From the NCBI GenBank assembly GCA_964485485.1, contig CAZAJW010000141.1, positions 1 through 36,057 of the forward strand: a DNA stretch of 36,057 nt, in the 5' to 3' direction. The stretch is from an uncultured Atribacterota bacterium (lineage in GTDB: Bacteria > Atribacterota > Phoenicimicrobiia > Phoenicimicrobiales > Stramentimicrobiaceae). The notes under the pieces were generated by a model, which worked only from the letters and a program-made list of their open reading frames with translations, was not told where the DNA came from and did not search any database. This document shows positions 10,145 to 21,757 of the stretch, piece after piece (positions within the stretch are counted from its first letter, which is position 1; every line of letters starts with the position of its first letter). The position numbers and the translations under genes were made by a program.

Positions 10145-11737
10145 ATGACAAATAGTAATTACCGGGTAGCGAAATATACCGGTATAGTAATGGTTGCAAC
10201 ACTATTATGTAGGGTATTGGGATTGGGCCGAGAAATGGTGATATCAAATCAATTTGGAGCAGGACTCGAGACCGATGCGTTTTTTGTAGCCTTTATGATT
10301 CCAAACTTATTAAGAAGTTTCTTGGGAGAAGGGGCTCTCAATACTACCTTTATACCTGTTTTTTCTGATTACCTGGCATATAATAATCAAAAAAAAGCCG
10401 ATGCTTTTGCCAGTAATGTTCTTAATATTTTAATCATCACCCTGGTTGTCATTATATTGCTGGGAATCTGGGGGGCACCATTGATTGTTAATATTGTAGC
10501 CAGTGGATTCAAACAGGAACCTGAAAAATTTGAATTAACCGTCCGTTTAACTAAAATAATGTTTCCCTACATTGGTTTTGCAGCGGTAGCTGCTTTATTT
10601 ATGGGTATTCTAAATTCTTACAGGCAATTTTTTATTCCGGCATTTGCACCGGCTATGTTGAATATTGGAATAATGTCTTTTGCTTTTTTTTATTCAAAAA
10701 TCTTAGGCATATATAGCTTAACACTTGGTGTAATAATTGGCGGATTAGTCCAGGTGCTAATTCATATACCGGCATTGATAAAAAAACATTTTCATTATCA
10801 GATGATTATTGATTTTCATGAACCAGGGATAAGAAACCTTTTCCTGCTGTTGATGCCTGCAATGTTTGGCCTGGCAATTGATAAGATTAATTTTGTTGTT
10901 GACCGAATTATTGCCTCTTATCTGGCACATGGCAGCATTTCAGCTCTGTATTATGCCAATCGGCTAATGCAATTTCCACTGGGCGTATTTGGAATTGCAC
11001 TTTCAATTGCCATTCTGCCAACACTTTCCAGACATGTGGCAAAAAAAGAATTTGAGGAAATGAGAGAAAGCTTTTCTTTCGGGATAAAAATACTATCTTT
11101 TTTTATTTTGCCCTCTACTGTCGGTTTGATTGTTTTAAGCCACCCGATTATCCGGTTATTCTATGAGCATGGATTGTTTAGTTCACAAGACACCAGTTTA
11201 ACGGAAGTAGCCTTGGTTTGTTATACAGTAGGACTATTTGCATTGGCAACCCTAAGATTAGTCATCAGTACCTTTTATGCCTTAAAGGATACCAAAACTC
11301 CATTAAAGATAGGTATTTTTGTCGTTATTTTCAATATAATCTTAGACCTTATTTTGGTACGTTATTTAGCCCATGCCGGAATAGCCCTGGCAACCTCAAT
11401 TGCCGCTATTATTCATTTGATTATCCTGGGTGTCGCTTTACATAGAAAAGTAAATGGAATATTTTCCGGAGCATTATTCAGTTTTTTCTGGAAAATATGC
11501 CTAGCATCTTTTCTTATGGGACTTTCCTGCTGGCTTGTTTCCCACTATTTTGACTCTATGCTTGACCTGAATGTTAAAATAGTACAGTTTGCTCAAGTCA
11601 TCATATCTGTTATTTCAGGATTAATGATTTATTACTTTAGTGGTATAATATTGGGTATCTCGGAATTTCGAAATGCGCGACAAATAATTCGTAAAATACT
11701 TAAAGGAAAATTGAAGGAAGAGGATATAAATGCCTAG
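10145..11737 (+). CDS. murJ: Lipid II flippase MurJ (MviN type)
   Basis: [53 protein letters not shown]; many TM segments. Confidence 0.96.
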   Translation: MTNSNYRVAKYTGIVMVATLLCRVLGLGREMVISNQFGAGLETDAFFVAFMIPNLLRSFLGEGALNTTFIPVFSDYLAYNNQKKADAFASNVLNILIITLVVIILLGIWGAPLIVNIVASGFKQEPEKFELTVRLTKIMFPYIGFAAVAALFMGILNSYRQFFIPAFAPAMLNIGIMSFAFFYSKILGIYSLTLGVIIGGLVQVLIHIPALIKKHFHYQMIIDFHEPGIRNLFLLLMPAMFGLAIDKINFVVDRIIASYLAHGSISALYYANRLMQFPLGVFGIALSIAILPTLSRHVAKKEFEEMRESFSFGIKILSFFILPSTVGLIVLSHPIIRLFYEHGLFSSQDTSLTEVALVCYTVGLFALATLRLVISTFYALKDTKTPLKIGIFVVIFNIILDLILVRYLAHAGIALATSIAAIIHLIILGVALHRKVNGIFSGALFSFFWKICLASFLMGLSCWLVSHYFDSMLDLNVKIVQFAQVIISVISGLMIYYFSGIILGISEFRNARQIIRKILKGKLKEEDINA

Positions 11738-13529
11738 AATAGAAGATATTCGTAATTTTTCCATCATTGCTCACATTGATCACGGAAAATCTACGATTGC
11801 TGACCGGATTTTAGAGCTAACCGAAACAATAAGTGAAAGAGAAAGAAGAGATCAGGTACTGGATGATATGGATTTGGAGCGGGAAAAAGGCATTACCATT
11901 AAATCAAAGGCTGTTCGGTTGTTATATAAAGCTGATAATGGTGGTCAGTATATTTTTAATTTAATTGATACCCCGGGCCATGTTGACTTTTCCTATGAGG
12001 TGTCAAGAAGTTTAGCAGCCTGCGAAGGGGCGCTGTTAGTCATCGATGCTGCTCAAGGTGTACAGGCTCAAACCATTGCCAATGTTCAAATGGCTTTAGA
12101 GAATAATTTAAATATTATATTGATTATTAATAAGATTGATCTTTCTACTGCCAATCCGGAAAGAGTAAGAGAAGAGATTAAAAAGATAAAGGGACTGGAA
12201 AATAGCCCCATCTTTTTAACTAGTGCTAAAGACGGAAGAGGAATCAAAGAGGTGCTGGAAGCTATTGTACAATACATTCCACATCCCAGCGGTAGTGAAG
12301 ATAAGCCTTTGCAAGCGTTGATTTTTGACTCGATTTACAATTCTTATCAAGGTTCTATTGTTTATTTGCGACTTGTCAACGGCACAGTCAAACCTGGAAT
12401 GAAAATACAGACAATGTCTAATAAAAAAACCTATGAAGTAACTGAAACTGGAATCTTTAGTCCAAAAAGAAAAAAAGTTGACCAACTTTCAGTAGGTGAT
12501 GTGGGTTATTTAACTGCCGGCTTTAAGGATATAACCCTTACCAAGGTGGGAGATACGATTACCGATGCAATTCATCCTTCAGAACAACGGCTACCTGGTT
12601 ATAAAAAAGTATCTCCTGTAGTTTTTTGCAGTATGTATCCGGTAGAAAATGATGATTACCATAACCTTAAATATGCTCTTGAAAAACTTAGCTTAAATGA
12701 TTCGGCAATTAGCTATATGGCTGAAAATTCCCCTGCTTTAGGTTTTGGTTTTCGCTGTGGTTTCTTAGGTTTGCTGCATATGGAGATAATCCAGGAACGG
12801 TTGGAAAGGGAATACCAGATTCAATTAATTACTACTACACCAAGCGTAGTGTATCGCGTTCATTTAAAAAATAAAGAAATAATAGAAATCAATAATCCTT
12901 CATCATTGCCCGAAGTGAATACCATTGATTTTATCGAAGAGCCATTTATTGAGTTGACCATAGTATTGCCAAGCCAATTTATGGGAGGTATTATGGAGCT
13001 TGTTCAAGATAGGAGAGGAATATTTAAAAATTTAGAATATCTTGATCAGGATAGAGCACGTTTAGTCTATCATTTGCCATTGAGCGAGATTATGCTTGAT
13101 TTTTATGATAGGATTAAGTCGATTAGTAAGGGGTATGCTAGTTTGGATTATCAAATTATTAGCTATCAAGCTTCACCCTTAACAAAGGTTGATTTATTAG
13201 TCAATGAGGATGTGGTAGACAACCTTTCCTTTATATGCCATAAAGATAAAGCCCATGAGCGGGCTCGAAAATTGGTGGAAAATCTCAAGACCGTTATCCC
13301 GCGTCAGATGTTTAATGTCCCTATCCAGGCTAAAATCAATCAGAAGATTATTGCCCGCTCTACTGTCAAGGCTCTAAAAAAGGATGTTTTGGCAAAATGT
13401 TACGGAGGAGATATCACCAGAAAAAGGAAGTTACTGGAAAAACAAAAAGCTGGCAAAAAAAGAATGAAAAAAGTAGGAAAGGTAGAAATACCTCAAGAAG
13501 CCTTTATGAGTGTTTTAAAGATAGAGTAA
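11730..13529 (+). CDS. lepA: Elongation factor 4 (LepA)
   Basis: [56 protein letters not shown]. Confidence 0.99.
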   Translation: MPRIEDIRNFSIIAHIDHGKSTIADRILELTETISERERRDQVLDDMDLEREKGITIKSKAVRLLYKADNGGQYIFNLIDTPGHVDFSYEVSRSLAACEGALLVIDAAQGVQAQTIANVQMALENNLNIILIINKIDLSTANPERVREEIKKIKGLENSPIFLTSAKDGRGIKEVLEAIVQYIPHPSGSEDKPLQALIFDSIYNSYQGSIVYLRLVNGTVKPGMKIQTMSNKKTYEVTETGIFSPKRKKVDQLSVGDVGYLTAGFKDITLTKVGDTITDAIHPSEQRLPGYKKVSPVVFCSMYPVENDDYHNLKYALEKLSLNDSAISYMAENSPALGFGFRCGFLGLLHMEIIQERLEREYQIQLITTTPSVVYRVHLKNKEIIEINNPSSLPEVNTIDFIEEPFIELTIVLPSQFMGGIMELVQDRRGIFKNLEYLDQDRARLVYHLPLSEIMLDFYDRIKSISKGYASLDYQIISYQASPLTKVDLLVNEDVVDNLSFICHKDKAHERARKLVENLKTVIPRQMFNVPIQAKINQKIIARSTVKALKKDVLAKCYGGDITRKRKLLEKQKAGKKRMKKVGKVEIPQEAFMSVLKIE

Positions 13530-13544
13530 AATAGAAGTATAACT

Positions 13545-14690
13545 ATGAATTCGATAAAATTAGGCCTATATATCCATATCCCTTTCTGTAATTCCAAGTG
13601 CCCTTATTGTAGTTTTTTTTCGATTGTAGCCGAAAATGAATTCATAAAAAGAAGGTATCTCGATGCTTTAAAAAAAGAAATGGAAATCTATAGCCAAAAA
13701 TTTCCGGAAACAGTCATGCAATCTATTTATCTGGGAGGAGGCACGCCAACCACACTAAGCGGCCGACTCATTGCCGAGATATTAGAGAACTGTCATAAAT
13801 ATTTTAAAATTGACAAAGATATTGAAATAACCATTGAGAGTAACCCGGCAACATTTGATGTTAAAAAAGCAGGCATTATCTTCCAGGCAGGAGTAAACAG
13901 ACTTAGCATAGGTGCTCAGTCTTTCAGCAACAAACTGCTTAAAAATATAGGAAGAATACACGATAAAAAGGAAATAATGAATAGCTTTCATATAGCGAGA
14001 GCTATAGGATTTAAAAATATCAATATTGATTTAATGTTTGGGCTTCCGGGGCAGACAATCAGGCAATTTAATAAGACGTTAGAAGAAATTGTGCAACTTC
14101 ATCCAGAACATATCTCACTCTATGGTCTTTCGATTGAACAAGGGACTCCCTTTGAAGTATTATTAGAAAAGGGAATAATAAAAATACCTTCTGATGATAT
14201 TTCATATGCTATGTATCAAAAAGCCATTGATTTTTTTAATAACTATGGTTATGAACAGTATGAGATATCAAATTTTGCGCTACCCGGAAAGGATTGTTTT
14301 CATAACCGGATATATTGGAAAAATCAACCTTATTTGGGTTTAGGGGCATCTTCTACCTCTTATATTCAAAATATCCGTTTTAAAAACTTTAGTGATTTGA
14401 ATCAATATATCTATTTGTTGAAACATCATATTTTGCCTATTGAATCGAAAGAAACTCTGCCGTTAAAGGAAGAAATGGCTGAGACAGTAATATTGCATTT
14501 ACGAATGATGGAAGGGCTGGCAAAGAGTGATTTTATAGCGCGCTTTAACGTTCCTATAGAATCAGTTTTTGCCAAACAGTTAAAAAGATTAAAAGATCAA
14601 GGCTTGTTAGCTGATAATGAATCACACTATTTGTTAACTAGAAAGGGAATATCGTTGTCTAATATTGCTTTTATAGAATTTTTAGATTAA
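13545..14690 (+). CDS. hemW: Radical SAM heme chaperone HemW (HemN-like)
   Basis: YIHIPFC, CxxxCxxC (CNSKCPYC), GGGTP, YEISNF, HNxxYW; lepA-hemW-hrcA order. Confidence 0.93.
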   Translation: MNSIKLGLYIHIPFCNSKCPYCSFFSIVAENEFIKRRYLDALKKEMEIYSQKFPETVMQSIYLGGGTPTTLSGRLIAEILENCHKYFKIDKDIEITIESNPATFDVKKAGIIFQAGVNRLSIGAQSFSNKLLKNIGRIHDKKEIMNSFHIARAIGFKNINIDLMFGLPGQTIRQFNKTLEEIVQLHPEHISLYGLSIEQGTPFEVLLEKGIIKIPSDDISYAMYQKAIDFFNNYGYEQYEISNFALPGKDCFHNRIYWKNQPYLGLGASSTSYIQNIRFKNFSDLNQYIYLLKHHILPIESKETLPLKEEMAETVILHLRMMEGLAKSDFIARFNVPIESVFAKQLKRLKDQGLLADNESHYLLTRKGISLSNIAFIEFLD

Positions 14691-14744
14691 AAAAATATCT
14701 TTATAATATATAAAAAGGTCAATATAAATATTTTAATTCGAGGC

Positions 14745-14773
14745 TTGACAAATATTTAGGTGAGTGTTATCTT
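14745..14773 (+). promoter_or_regulatory. Sigma70/SigA promoter of the hrcA-grpE-dnaK-dnaJ operon
   Basis: TTGACA (14745-14750), 17 bp, TG-n-TATCTT (14768-14773), immediately upstream of CIRCE. Confidence 0.8.
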
Positions 14774-14783
14774 ATTTAAGTGA

Positions 14784-14810
14784 TTAGCACTCTCATCAAT
14801 AGAGTGCTAA
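14784..14810 (+). promoter_or_regulatory. CIRCE operator (HrcA binding site)
   Basis: Exact consensus TTAGCACTC-N9-GAGTGCTAA directly upstream of hrcA. Confidence 0.98.
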
Positions 14811-14825
14811 TTTGAGGTGATGAAT

Positions 14826-15854
14826 ATGGTAATAAATGATAGAATGAAATCCATTCTGAATGCAGTGGTTTACCGTTATATTACTACAGCAGAGCCAATT
14901 GGCTCTGAGATGATTGTTAAAAATTATGGTTTAAATGTTAGCTCTGCTACTGTACGTCATGACATGCAGGTATTGGAAAAACTGGGTTTTTTGAAAAAAC
15001 CGCATACTTCTGCCGGTCGTGTGCCAACAGATAAGGGTTATCGTTTTTATGTTGACAATCTAATGTCAAAAAATGTTATTAATCTTAGTAGAGCTGAACA
15101 AAGAGAAATAGTTGAACAGTATAAAATAAGAAAAGAATTTAATGAAGTCATGAGGATTACCTCTAAATTGATTTCAAGGTTGACGAATAACTTAGGGGTT
15201 GTGCTGGCACCAAATATGGTTAGTGATACACTGGAAGATATTCGTTTTATTTCATTAGATAATAACCGAGTCTTGGTTACTTTGATTACCAATAGCGGAT
15301 TATTCTTGCAGAAGATTATGAAAATAAATTATGATATATCTGAAGGTAATCTGGAAGCAATTGCAAGAATAATAAAAAGAGAATTTTATGGCAAGAGCTT
15401 GGAAATTGTCAATGATGAAATGTTAGAGAAAATTTACCAATACTATTTCAAATATCGAACACTGGAATCAATTTGGAAATTAATTGAAAATTGTTTTGAC
15501 TTCCAGGATGAAGAAGAAAACATATTTTTAGGAAATCGTTGTTATATACTAAGGCAACCTGAATTTAAGGAAATTGAAAAATTAAATTATCTTTTTGATT
15601 TTATTGAAGAAGAAAAAAATTTAGTGCAGATTATTAAAAAATCTCTTTTGAACAAACAGTTTGATATTGTTATAGGAAGCGAATTGGGAGAGAAAATAAT
15701 GCAGGATTGTAGTGTGATTACAAGGCAATATTCTATAAAAGGGAAGCCCATGGGGGCTATTAGCGTTCTAGGTCCAACTCGCATGAATTATCCTAAGGCG
15801 GTTTCTATATTGGATTTTATTGCTAACCGTTTAAGCAAGATGTTGTCTGAATAA
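14826..15854 (+). CDS. hrcA: Heat-inducible transcription repressor HrcA
   Basis: EPIGS, SSATVR, PHTSAGRVPTDKGYRFYVD, LGPTRMNY; start set at ATG 14826 from RBS GAGGTG spacing (14817/14820 are alternatives). Confidence 0.98.
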   Translation: MVINDRMKSILNAVVYRYITTAEPIGSEMIVKNYGLNVSSATVRHDMQVLEKLGFLKKPHTSAGRVPTDKGYRFYVDNLMSKNVINLSRAEQREIVEQYKIRKEFNEVMRITSKLISRLTNNLGVVLAPNMVSDTLEDIRFISLDNNRVLVTLITNSGLFLQKIMKINYDISEGNLEAIARIIKREFYGKSLEIVNDEMLEKIYQYYFKYRTLESIWKLIENCFDFQDEEENIFLGNRCYILRQPEFKEIEKLNYLFDFIEEEKNLVQIIKKSLLNKQFDIVIGSELGEKIMQDCSVITRQYSIKGKPMGAISVLGPTRMNYPKAVSILDFIANRLSKMLSE

Positions 15855-15869
15855 GAGTTAGTAATATTA

Positions 15870-16060
15870 TATAACTATGAAAACCACCTTCTCAGAAGGT
15901 GTAATGGTTAGATTAATTGGTTTCAATATGAAATAGACGAAGATAAGAAATATATTAATTTTTCACCAGGAGTTCAATGTAGGAAGTTTGATTGCTAAGA
16001 AAAAGCTAAACCTCTTTTAATGGTTCTTAAACTTAACCGCTATGCGGGTGCAATATTTAT
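15870..16060 (+). repeat. Dispersed structured intergenic element, copy A
   Basis: 5' hairpin CACCTTC/GAAGGTG with TAACTAT/ATGGTTA, core AATTTTTCACCAG, 3' CCGCTATGCGGGTGCAATATTT; similar to copies B, C, D. Confidence 0.8.
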
Positions 16061-16085
16061 TTATCTTCATAAATGGAGGCTAAGA

Positions 16086-16775
16086 ATGGACAACAACCAG
16101 AAAAATGAAAAGGATAAAAATATGCTAAAAAATAAAGAAGAATATAGGAAAATGAAAAAAAATGAATTGGTTGATATGCTAATTGATAGGGATAATGAAT
16201 TGAAAGAAAAGCAAACGAAATTAGAAAAATTTAAAAAGGCTCTTATTGATATGCAAGAAAACGAAAAAAATTATAAAGAGCAATTAATAAGGATGCAAGC
16301 TGATTTTGAGAATTATAAAAAAAGAGAAGAGAAGAAAAGAAGAGAATTTATGGAATATGCCAATAAAGACCTAATATGCCAGCTATTGTCTGTAATGGAT
16401 AATCTGGAAAGAGCTGTTTCCTATTCTCAGAACAAAGAACATCAGCCAGAAACAATCAGGGAAGGAATTAAGGGGACTTTAAAGGAATTTCGTAAAATAT
16501 TAGAAAAAGAAGGGTTAACCCCCATTAAGGCAGTTGGAGAAAAGTTTGATCCCTATTGTCATGAAGCAATCATGCAAGTAGAATCGGATAAATATCCAGA
16601 AGATACCGTGATGGAAGAAATTACTAAAGGGTATTACTTAAAATCCAATGTAATTCGACCATCAGTCGTAAAAGTATGTAAGGGGAAAACAGATAAAAAT
16701 AGTGATACTGACAGAGATAGTTCTGAAAATTCAATAGATAATAACAATAAAAATAATGATAATAATAATGATTAG
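16086..16775 (+). CDS. grpE: Nucleotide exchange factor GrpE
   Basis: [38 protein letters not shown]; start at ATG 16086 after GGAGG. Confidence 0.97.
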   Translation: MDNNQKNEKDKNMLKNKEEYRKMKKNELVDMLIDRDNELKEKQTKLEKFKKALIDMQENEKNYKEQLIRMQADFENYKKREEKKRREFMEYANKDLICQLLSVMDNLERAVSYSQNKEHQPETIREGIKGTLKEFRKILEKEGLTPIKAVGEKFDPYCHEAIMQVESDKYPEDTVMEEITKGYYLKSNVIRPSVVKVCKGKTDKNSDTDRDSSENSIDNNNKNNDNNND

Positions 16776-16795
16776 ATTTAAGGAGGAATGAAATT

Positions 16796-18751
16796 ATGGC
16801 TAAAGCAATTGGCATAGATTTGGGAACTACAAATTCAGTAGTATCCGTGATGGAAGGCGGTAAGCCTATTGTCATAGAAAACAAAGAAGGTAGCAGAACA
16901 ACGCCATCAATGGTTGCTTTCAGTAAAAAAGGAGAGCGACTGGTTGGATTACTAGCTAAAAGACAGGCGGTAACCAATTCCAAAAATACCATTTATTCTG
17001 TTAAACGTTTTATTGGTAGACGTTATAACGATCCGGAAGTACAAGAGATCAAGAAAGTACTTTCTTATGATATTGGTGAAGGCGAACATACTGATGTAAT
17101 GATAAAGGCGAAGGACAAGCAATATAGTCCGCAGGATATTTCTGCTATGATTTTACAAAATTTAAAACAGGCTGCAGAAGATCATATAGGTGAAGAAGTG
17201 AAAGATGCCGTTATTACTGTTCCCGCTTATTTTAATGATAATCAACGGGAAGCGACAAAAGCAGCAGGTCGTATTGCCGGTCTAAATGTACTGAGAATTA
17301 TCAATGAACCGACAGCTGCTTCCTTGGCTTATGGTTTGGATAAAAAGAAAAGTGAAAAAATTGCCGTTTTTGACCTGGGAGGCGGCACATTTGATATATC
17401 AATTCTTGATATAGGTGAAGGAATATTTGAAGTAAAGTCCACCAGCGGTGATACCTTTCTGGGTGGTGATGATTTTGACCAGCGTGTTATTAATTGGCTA
17501 ATTGATAGCTTCAAAAAAGACCAGGGTATTGACCTAGGCAAAGACCAAATGGCTTTGCAGAGATTGAAAGAGGCTTCCGAAAAAGCAAAATGTGAATTAT
17601 CTACATCGATTGAAACAGATATAAACTTACCTTTCATTACTGCAGATGCCAATGGTCCAAAACATTTAAATTATACTTTAACAAGGTCAAAACTGGAACA
17701 ATTAACTGAAGATCTTTTGAATAGAACCATCGAACCATGCAAAAAAGCATTATCGGATGCCAAGTTAACTGCTGATGACATTAATGAGGTAATCCTGGTG
17801 GGTGGTCAGACCAGAATGCCAAAGGTTCATGAAATTGTTAAGAAAATATTTGGTAAAGACCCTCATAAAGGAGTAAACCCGGATGAAGTTGTTGCCATGG
17901 GTGCTGCTATTCAGGCAGGTAAATTAAAGGGAGACGTAAAGGACATTCAATTGTTAGATGTAACTCCATTATCTCTAGGAATAGAGACATTGGGAGGCGT
18001 TTTCACCAAATTGATTGAGAAAAATACTACAATTCCGGCGTCACGTAAACAAATATTTTCAACTGCAACAGATAGCCAAACAGCAGTTGATATAAATGTA
18101 CTTCAAGGCGAACGACCTATGGCAAAGGATAATACCAGCTTAGGGCGTTTTCAGTTAGTCGGTATTCCACCGGCACCAAGAGGTGTTCCTCAAATTGAAG
18201 TGTCTTTTGATATTGATGCTAATGGTATCCTTAACGTTAAAGCTCAGGACAAAGGCACAGGTAAAGAACAAAAAATTACTATTAAACACTCTAGCGGTTT
18301 AACTGAAGAGGAAATACAAAAAAAGATAAAGGAAGCGGAACAGTATGCGGAAGATGATCGCAAACAAAAAGAAAAAGTTGAACTGCATAATCAGGCTGAT
18401 ACGCTTATCTATACGACAGAAAAGACATTAAAAGATGCCGGTGAGAAAATAGATGATAGTACGAAAAATGAGATCAATGACAATATCAGCCAGCTAAGAA
18501 AAGCTATGCAAGATGATAATATTGAACAAATGAAATCCGGCATAGAAAAGTTAACCAATTCTTCTCATAAATTAGCTGAAGAAATGTATAAGCAATCTGC
18601 CAGCCAGGAACAGCAACAAGCGAAAACCGATGATGCCGGGGCTTCGGCGGATAGCCAAAACCAGGAGGAATCAAGTGATTCCCAAAAAGAGGAAAAGGTT
18701 TATGATGCCGAATATAAAGAAGAAAATGAAGATAACAAAGATAAAGAATAA
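16796..18751 (+). CDS. dnaK: Chaperone DnaK (Hsp70)
   Basis: [41 protein letters not shown]. Confidence 0.99.
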   Translation: MAKAIGIDLGTTNSVVSVMEGGKPIVIENKEGSRTTPSMVAFSKKGERLVGLLAKRQAVTNSKNTIYSVKRFIGRRYNDPEVQEIKKVLSYDIGEGEHTDVMIKAKDKQYSPQDISAMILQNLKQAAEDHIGEEVKDAVITVPAYFNDNQREATKAAGRIAGLNVLRIINEPTAASLAYGLDKKKSEKIAVFDLGGGTFDISILDIGEGIFEVKSTSGDTFLGGDDFDQRVINWLIDSFKKDQGIDLGKDQMALQRLKEASEKAKCELSTSIETDINLPFITADANGPKHLNYTLTRSKLEQLTEDLLNRTIEPCKKALSDAKLTADDINEVILVGGQTRMPKVHEIVKKIFGKDPHKGVNPDEVVAMGAAIQAGKLKGDVKDIQLLDVTPLSLGIETLGGVFTKLIEKNTTIPASRKQIFSTATDSQTAVDINVLQGERPMAKDNTSLGRFQLVGIPPAPRGVPQIEVSFDIDANGILNVKAQDKGTGKEQKITIKHSSGLTEEEIQKKIKEAEQYAEDDRKQKEKVELHNQADTLIYTTEKTLKDAGEKIDDSTKNEINDNISQLRKAMQDDNIEQMKSGIEKLTNSSHKLAEEMYKQSASQEQQQAKTDDAGASADSQNQEESSDSQKEEKVYDAEYKEENEDNKDKE

Positions 18752-18789
18752 TAAATATAATTTATAATTCTAATGATAACTTAATAACT

Positions 18790-18842
18790 GTTGAATTTCC
18801 CGAGCATGATAGAAAGAAATCTTGGAACTCGGGAAATTCAAC
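18790..18842. repeat. Perfect 15-bp inverted repeat between dnaK and dnaJ
   Basis: GTTGAATTTCCCGAG (18790-18804) / CTCGGGAAATTCAAC (18828-18842), 23-nt spacer. Confidence 0.85.
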
Positions 18843-18978
18843 GAATAAATATGTTGGCTAGTAAATAATAATAGAGCTATAATTCATTAGTTTACTACTG
18901 TTATAATATTACTAGCTGTCTAGATCTAATAATTCAATAATAATATAAAATAATTTTACCTAGAAGAGGTTATATGTT

Positions 18979-20139
18979 TTGGCAAATAAAGATTTTTATC
19001 AAATTCTGAACGTTAGCAAAGACGCAAGTCAGGAAGAAATTAAAAAAGCATATCGAAAACTGGCCTTAAAATATCACCCTGATGCCAATCCCAATAACAA
19101 AGAAGAGGCCGAAAAAAAGTTTAAAGAAATAGGGGAAGCTTATGCTATATTAAGTGACCCAGAAAAAAGGGCCAGATATGATCAATTTGGATCAGCTGAT
19201 ACTGCTAATAATGGAGCAGGTTTTGATTTTAGGAATTTTTATGGGGAAGGCATGGATGATTTTGGCAGCTTTAGCGACATATTTGAATCTTTTTTTGGCG
19301 GTGGTGGCAGTTCAAGAAGAAATTATCGACGAGCAGAGAGAGCCAGAAAAGGGGCTAATTTAAGATATAATTTAGAAATTAGCTTAAAAGAAGCCGCATT
19401 TGGTGCCGAAAAAAAGATTGAAATACCAACCTGGCAAACCTGTAGCCATTGTAAGGGGACCGGAGCAGAACCCGGAACTTCTAAAAAAACATGTCCTGAA
19501 TGTAATGGAACAGGTGAAATAAGAATGACACAAAATACCTTTTTTGGACAATCAATCAATATACAAACATGTCCCAGATGTAAAGGTAGCGGTCAAATTA
19601 TTGAATCACCTTGTAAGGTATGCCATGGAACTGGAAAGGTAAAGAGTAGAAAAACCATTAATGTAAAAATATTAGCAGGCGTGGAAAGCGGACATAGGCT
19701 CAGACTTACTGGAATGGGAGAACCTGGTGAAAACGGTGGTCCTTCCGGGGATCTATTTATTGTTCTTAATGTTAAGGAACATCCTGTTTTTAAACGGAAT
19801 GCTACTGATATCTATTGTGATCATAAAATTAGTTTGCCTAAAGCCATTTTAGGTGGAGAAACTACGGTTCCAACGTTAGAAGGAAATGTAAAAATGAGAA
19901 TACCTGCTGGCACACAGAGTAATACTGTCTTTCGATTAAGAGGAAAAGGTGCTTATAAATTAGGTACCAAAATTAGGGGTGACGAACATGTTAAAATTAT
20001 TGTCGAAATCCCACGAAATCTGAATCATAATTCCAAAAAACTGATATATGAATTGGCACAGGAAACTGGTGAAGATATTGATAAAATAGGTGAAAAAAAT
20101 TTTTTTGAAAAAGTTAAAGAAACCTTCACCAAAAAATAA
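18979..20139 (+). CDS. dnaJ: Chaperone DnaJ
   Basis: J domain with HPD, G/F-rich region, four CxxCxGxG repeats; TTG start. Confidence 0.99.
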   Translation: MANKDFYQILNVSKDASQEEIKKAYRKLALKYHPDANPNNKEEAEKKFKEIGEAYAILSDPEKRARYDQFGSADTANNGAGFDFRNFYGEGMDDFGSFSDIFESFFGGGGSSRRNYRRAERARKGANLRYNLEISLKEAAFGAEKKIEIPTWQTCSHCKGTGAEPGTSKKTCPECNGTGEIRMTQNTFFGQSINIQTCPRCKGSGQIIESPCKVCHGTGKVKSRKTINVKILAGVESGHRLRLTGMGEPGENGGPSGDLFIVLNVKEHPVFKRNATDIYCDHKISLPKAILGGETTVPTLEGNVKMRIPAGTQSNTVFRLRGKGAYKLGTKIRGDEHVKIIVEIPRNLNHNSKKLIYELAQETGEDIDKIGEKNFFEKVKETFTKK

Positions 20140-20226
20140 TAAATTCTCATCAAATATCTCTGCTTGAAAATAATTTACTGAGCTGACTAAAAATTATTAA
20201 AATTAAAAGCAAAAACCGGAGAAAAA

Positions 20227-21564
20227 GTGAATCAAACAGTTGCCTTTAAGACAATAGGCTGTAAGGTTAATCAATATGAGACAGGCAATCTGCGACAGGC
20301 ATTTATTAAAAATGGTTATAGCGTAGTAGATTTTAAGGAAAAAGCAGATGTATTTTTTATTAATACTTGTGCCGTAACTAAAGAAGCAGAACGAAAATCA
20401 AAGCAGATGATTAGAAAAGCTGCCCGATTAAACCCTTCTGGAACTATAATTGTCACTGGCTGCGCTGTACAGGCCAATTTACGGGAAATCAAAGATTGTA
20501 ATAATTCAAAATATCATATTGTTAGCAATTATTACAAGGATGATATTTTTAATATATTCTGTAATTCGTCTTTTGAATACGTTAAAAAGTTAATCCATTA
20601 TAAACCTGCCAATCAAATTACCCGTTATGTTGAAAATGGTTTTTACAGTACAAGTAATCGCATTAGGGGATTGGTTAAAATTCAAGATGGATGTAATCAA
20701 TTTTGTAGTTATTGTGTCATACCATATCTAAGAGGAAGATCAAGAAGCAGAGCCCCAAAAGAGATATTCCTAGAAATTAATGAATTAGCCTCTAATAATT
20801 ATAAAGAAATTGTTTTGCTTGGAATTAATCTTGGTAGTTACGGAAATGATTTGGAAGATGAAAACATTAATTTAACAGAATTAATCCAAACAATTGAAAA
20901 AATATCGGGCATTGAAAGAGTTAGGTTAAGTTCAATTGAATTGCCATGGGTTACTGATGAATTAATTAATACCTTCCATAATTCCACAAAGCTTTGTCAT
21001 CATTTGCATATTCCCTTACAAAGTGGTGATAATCATATACTGAGTCTAATGAATAGAAAATATAACACTGGGCAATTTGAAAAAATCGTTAAGCAAATTA
21101 AGGAAAATATCCCGAATATTGCCATCACTACAGATGTTATCGTTGGTTTTCCCGGTGAAGATGATATTTCTTTTGAAAGAACTTATCAATTTATAAAAAG
21201 ACTTGCCTTTGCCAAAATACATGTGTTTCCATATTCCGAGAGGCCTTTTAATCTTGCTTCATTGTTACCAGATAAGGTTGAAAATGATACTATTAAAAAA
21301 AGAACCAAGAGACTGAATAATTTGTCTAAAGAACTTAGAAAAGATTTTTTTATAAAAAATATTGACCAAGATAGGACTGTTTTAGTTGAATATACAGGAT
21401 TAAAAAATAATCAGGACTATATCTGCGGTTTAACTGATAATTATATTAAAGTATGTATTTCAGGTATCAAGGCAAAAAAAGGACAGATGATAAAATTAAG
21501 ATTGAAGGAAGTTTTTGATTCTTACATTGAAGGAGAAAAAACTTACAGTTGTTACAGTTGTTAG
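20227..21564 (+). CDS. mtaB: tRNA t6A37 methylthiotransferase MtaB
   Basis: GCKVNQYE, NTCAVT, KIQDGCNQFCSYC, HVFPYS; usual position downstream of dnaJ; GTG start with GGAG RBS. Confidence 0.93.
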   Translation: MNQTVAFKTIGCKVNQYETGNLRQAFIKNGYSVVDFKEKADVFFINTCAVTKEAERKSKQMIRKAARLNPSGTIIVTGCAVQANLREIKDCNNSKYHIVSNYYKDDIFNIFCNSSFEYVKKLIHYKPANQITRYVENGFYSTSNRIRGLVKIQDGCNQFCSYCVIPYLRGRSRSRAPKEIFLEINELASNNYKEIVLLGINLGSYGNDLEDENINLTELIQTIEKISGIERVRLSSIELPWVTDELINTFHNSTKLCHHLHIPLQSGDNHILSLMNRKYNTGQFEKIVKQIKENIPNIAITTDVIVGFPGEDDISFERTYQFIKRLAFAKIHVFPYSERPFNLASLLPDKVENDTIKKRTKRLNNLSKELRKDFFIKNIDQDRTVLVEYTGLKNNQDYICGLTDNYIKVCISGIKAKKGQMIKLRLKEVFDSYIEGEKTYSCYSC

Positions 21565-21660
21565 AAAGAAAATAAAAATAATATTAGTTACTTAATTATA
21601 GTATATATAAATTAGTTTAGAAACTGATTAAAATATGAGATTTTAAAAAATATTATTGTT

Positions 21661-21688
21661 TTGATATTTTTTTGTTCTGTGCTATAAT
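21661..21688 (+). promoter_or_regulatory. Putative promoter of the nusA-infB operon
   Basis: TTGATA (21661-21666), 16 bp, TG-c-TATAAT (21683-21688). Confidence 0.7.
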
Positions 21689-21713
21689 ATAATAAATTTC
21701 AAAAATTTTTTTT

Positions 21714-21746
21714 AAAAGAGTGGTTTGTGGACCACTCTTTTGTTTT
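21714..21746 (+). terminator. rimP/nusA-operon leader hairpin (attenuator-like)
   Basis: AAAAGAGTGGT / ACCACTCTTTT 11-bp stem followed by T-rich tract; resembles the AGAGTGG...CCACTCT hairpin seen upstream of rimP-nusA operons. Confidence 0.75.
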
Positions 21747-21757
21747 GTAATTTTAAT

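Noticed and set aside
16020-16085. N-terminal extensions given by the ORF track for grpE (also ylxR 23285, DUF503 25563, ftsK 33415, rpsT 10048)
   Set aside because: Downstream ATGs fit the SD position or family N-termini better; the grpE and ylxR extensions simply read through the repeat element.
18951-18966. TAATTTTACCTAGAAG upstream of dnaJ as a fifth element copy
   Set aside because: Short AT-rich match with an insertion; the 3' GGGTGCGATATTT block and the 5' hairpin are absent.
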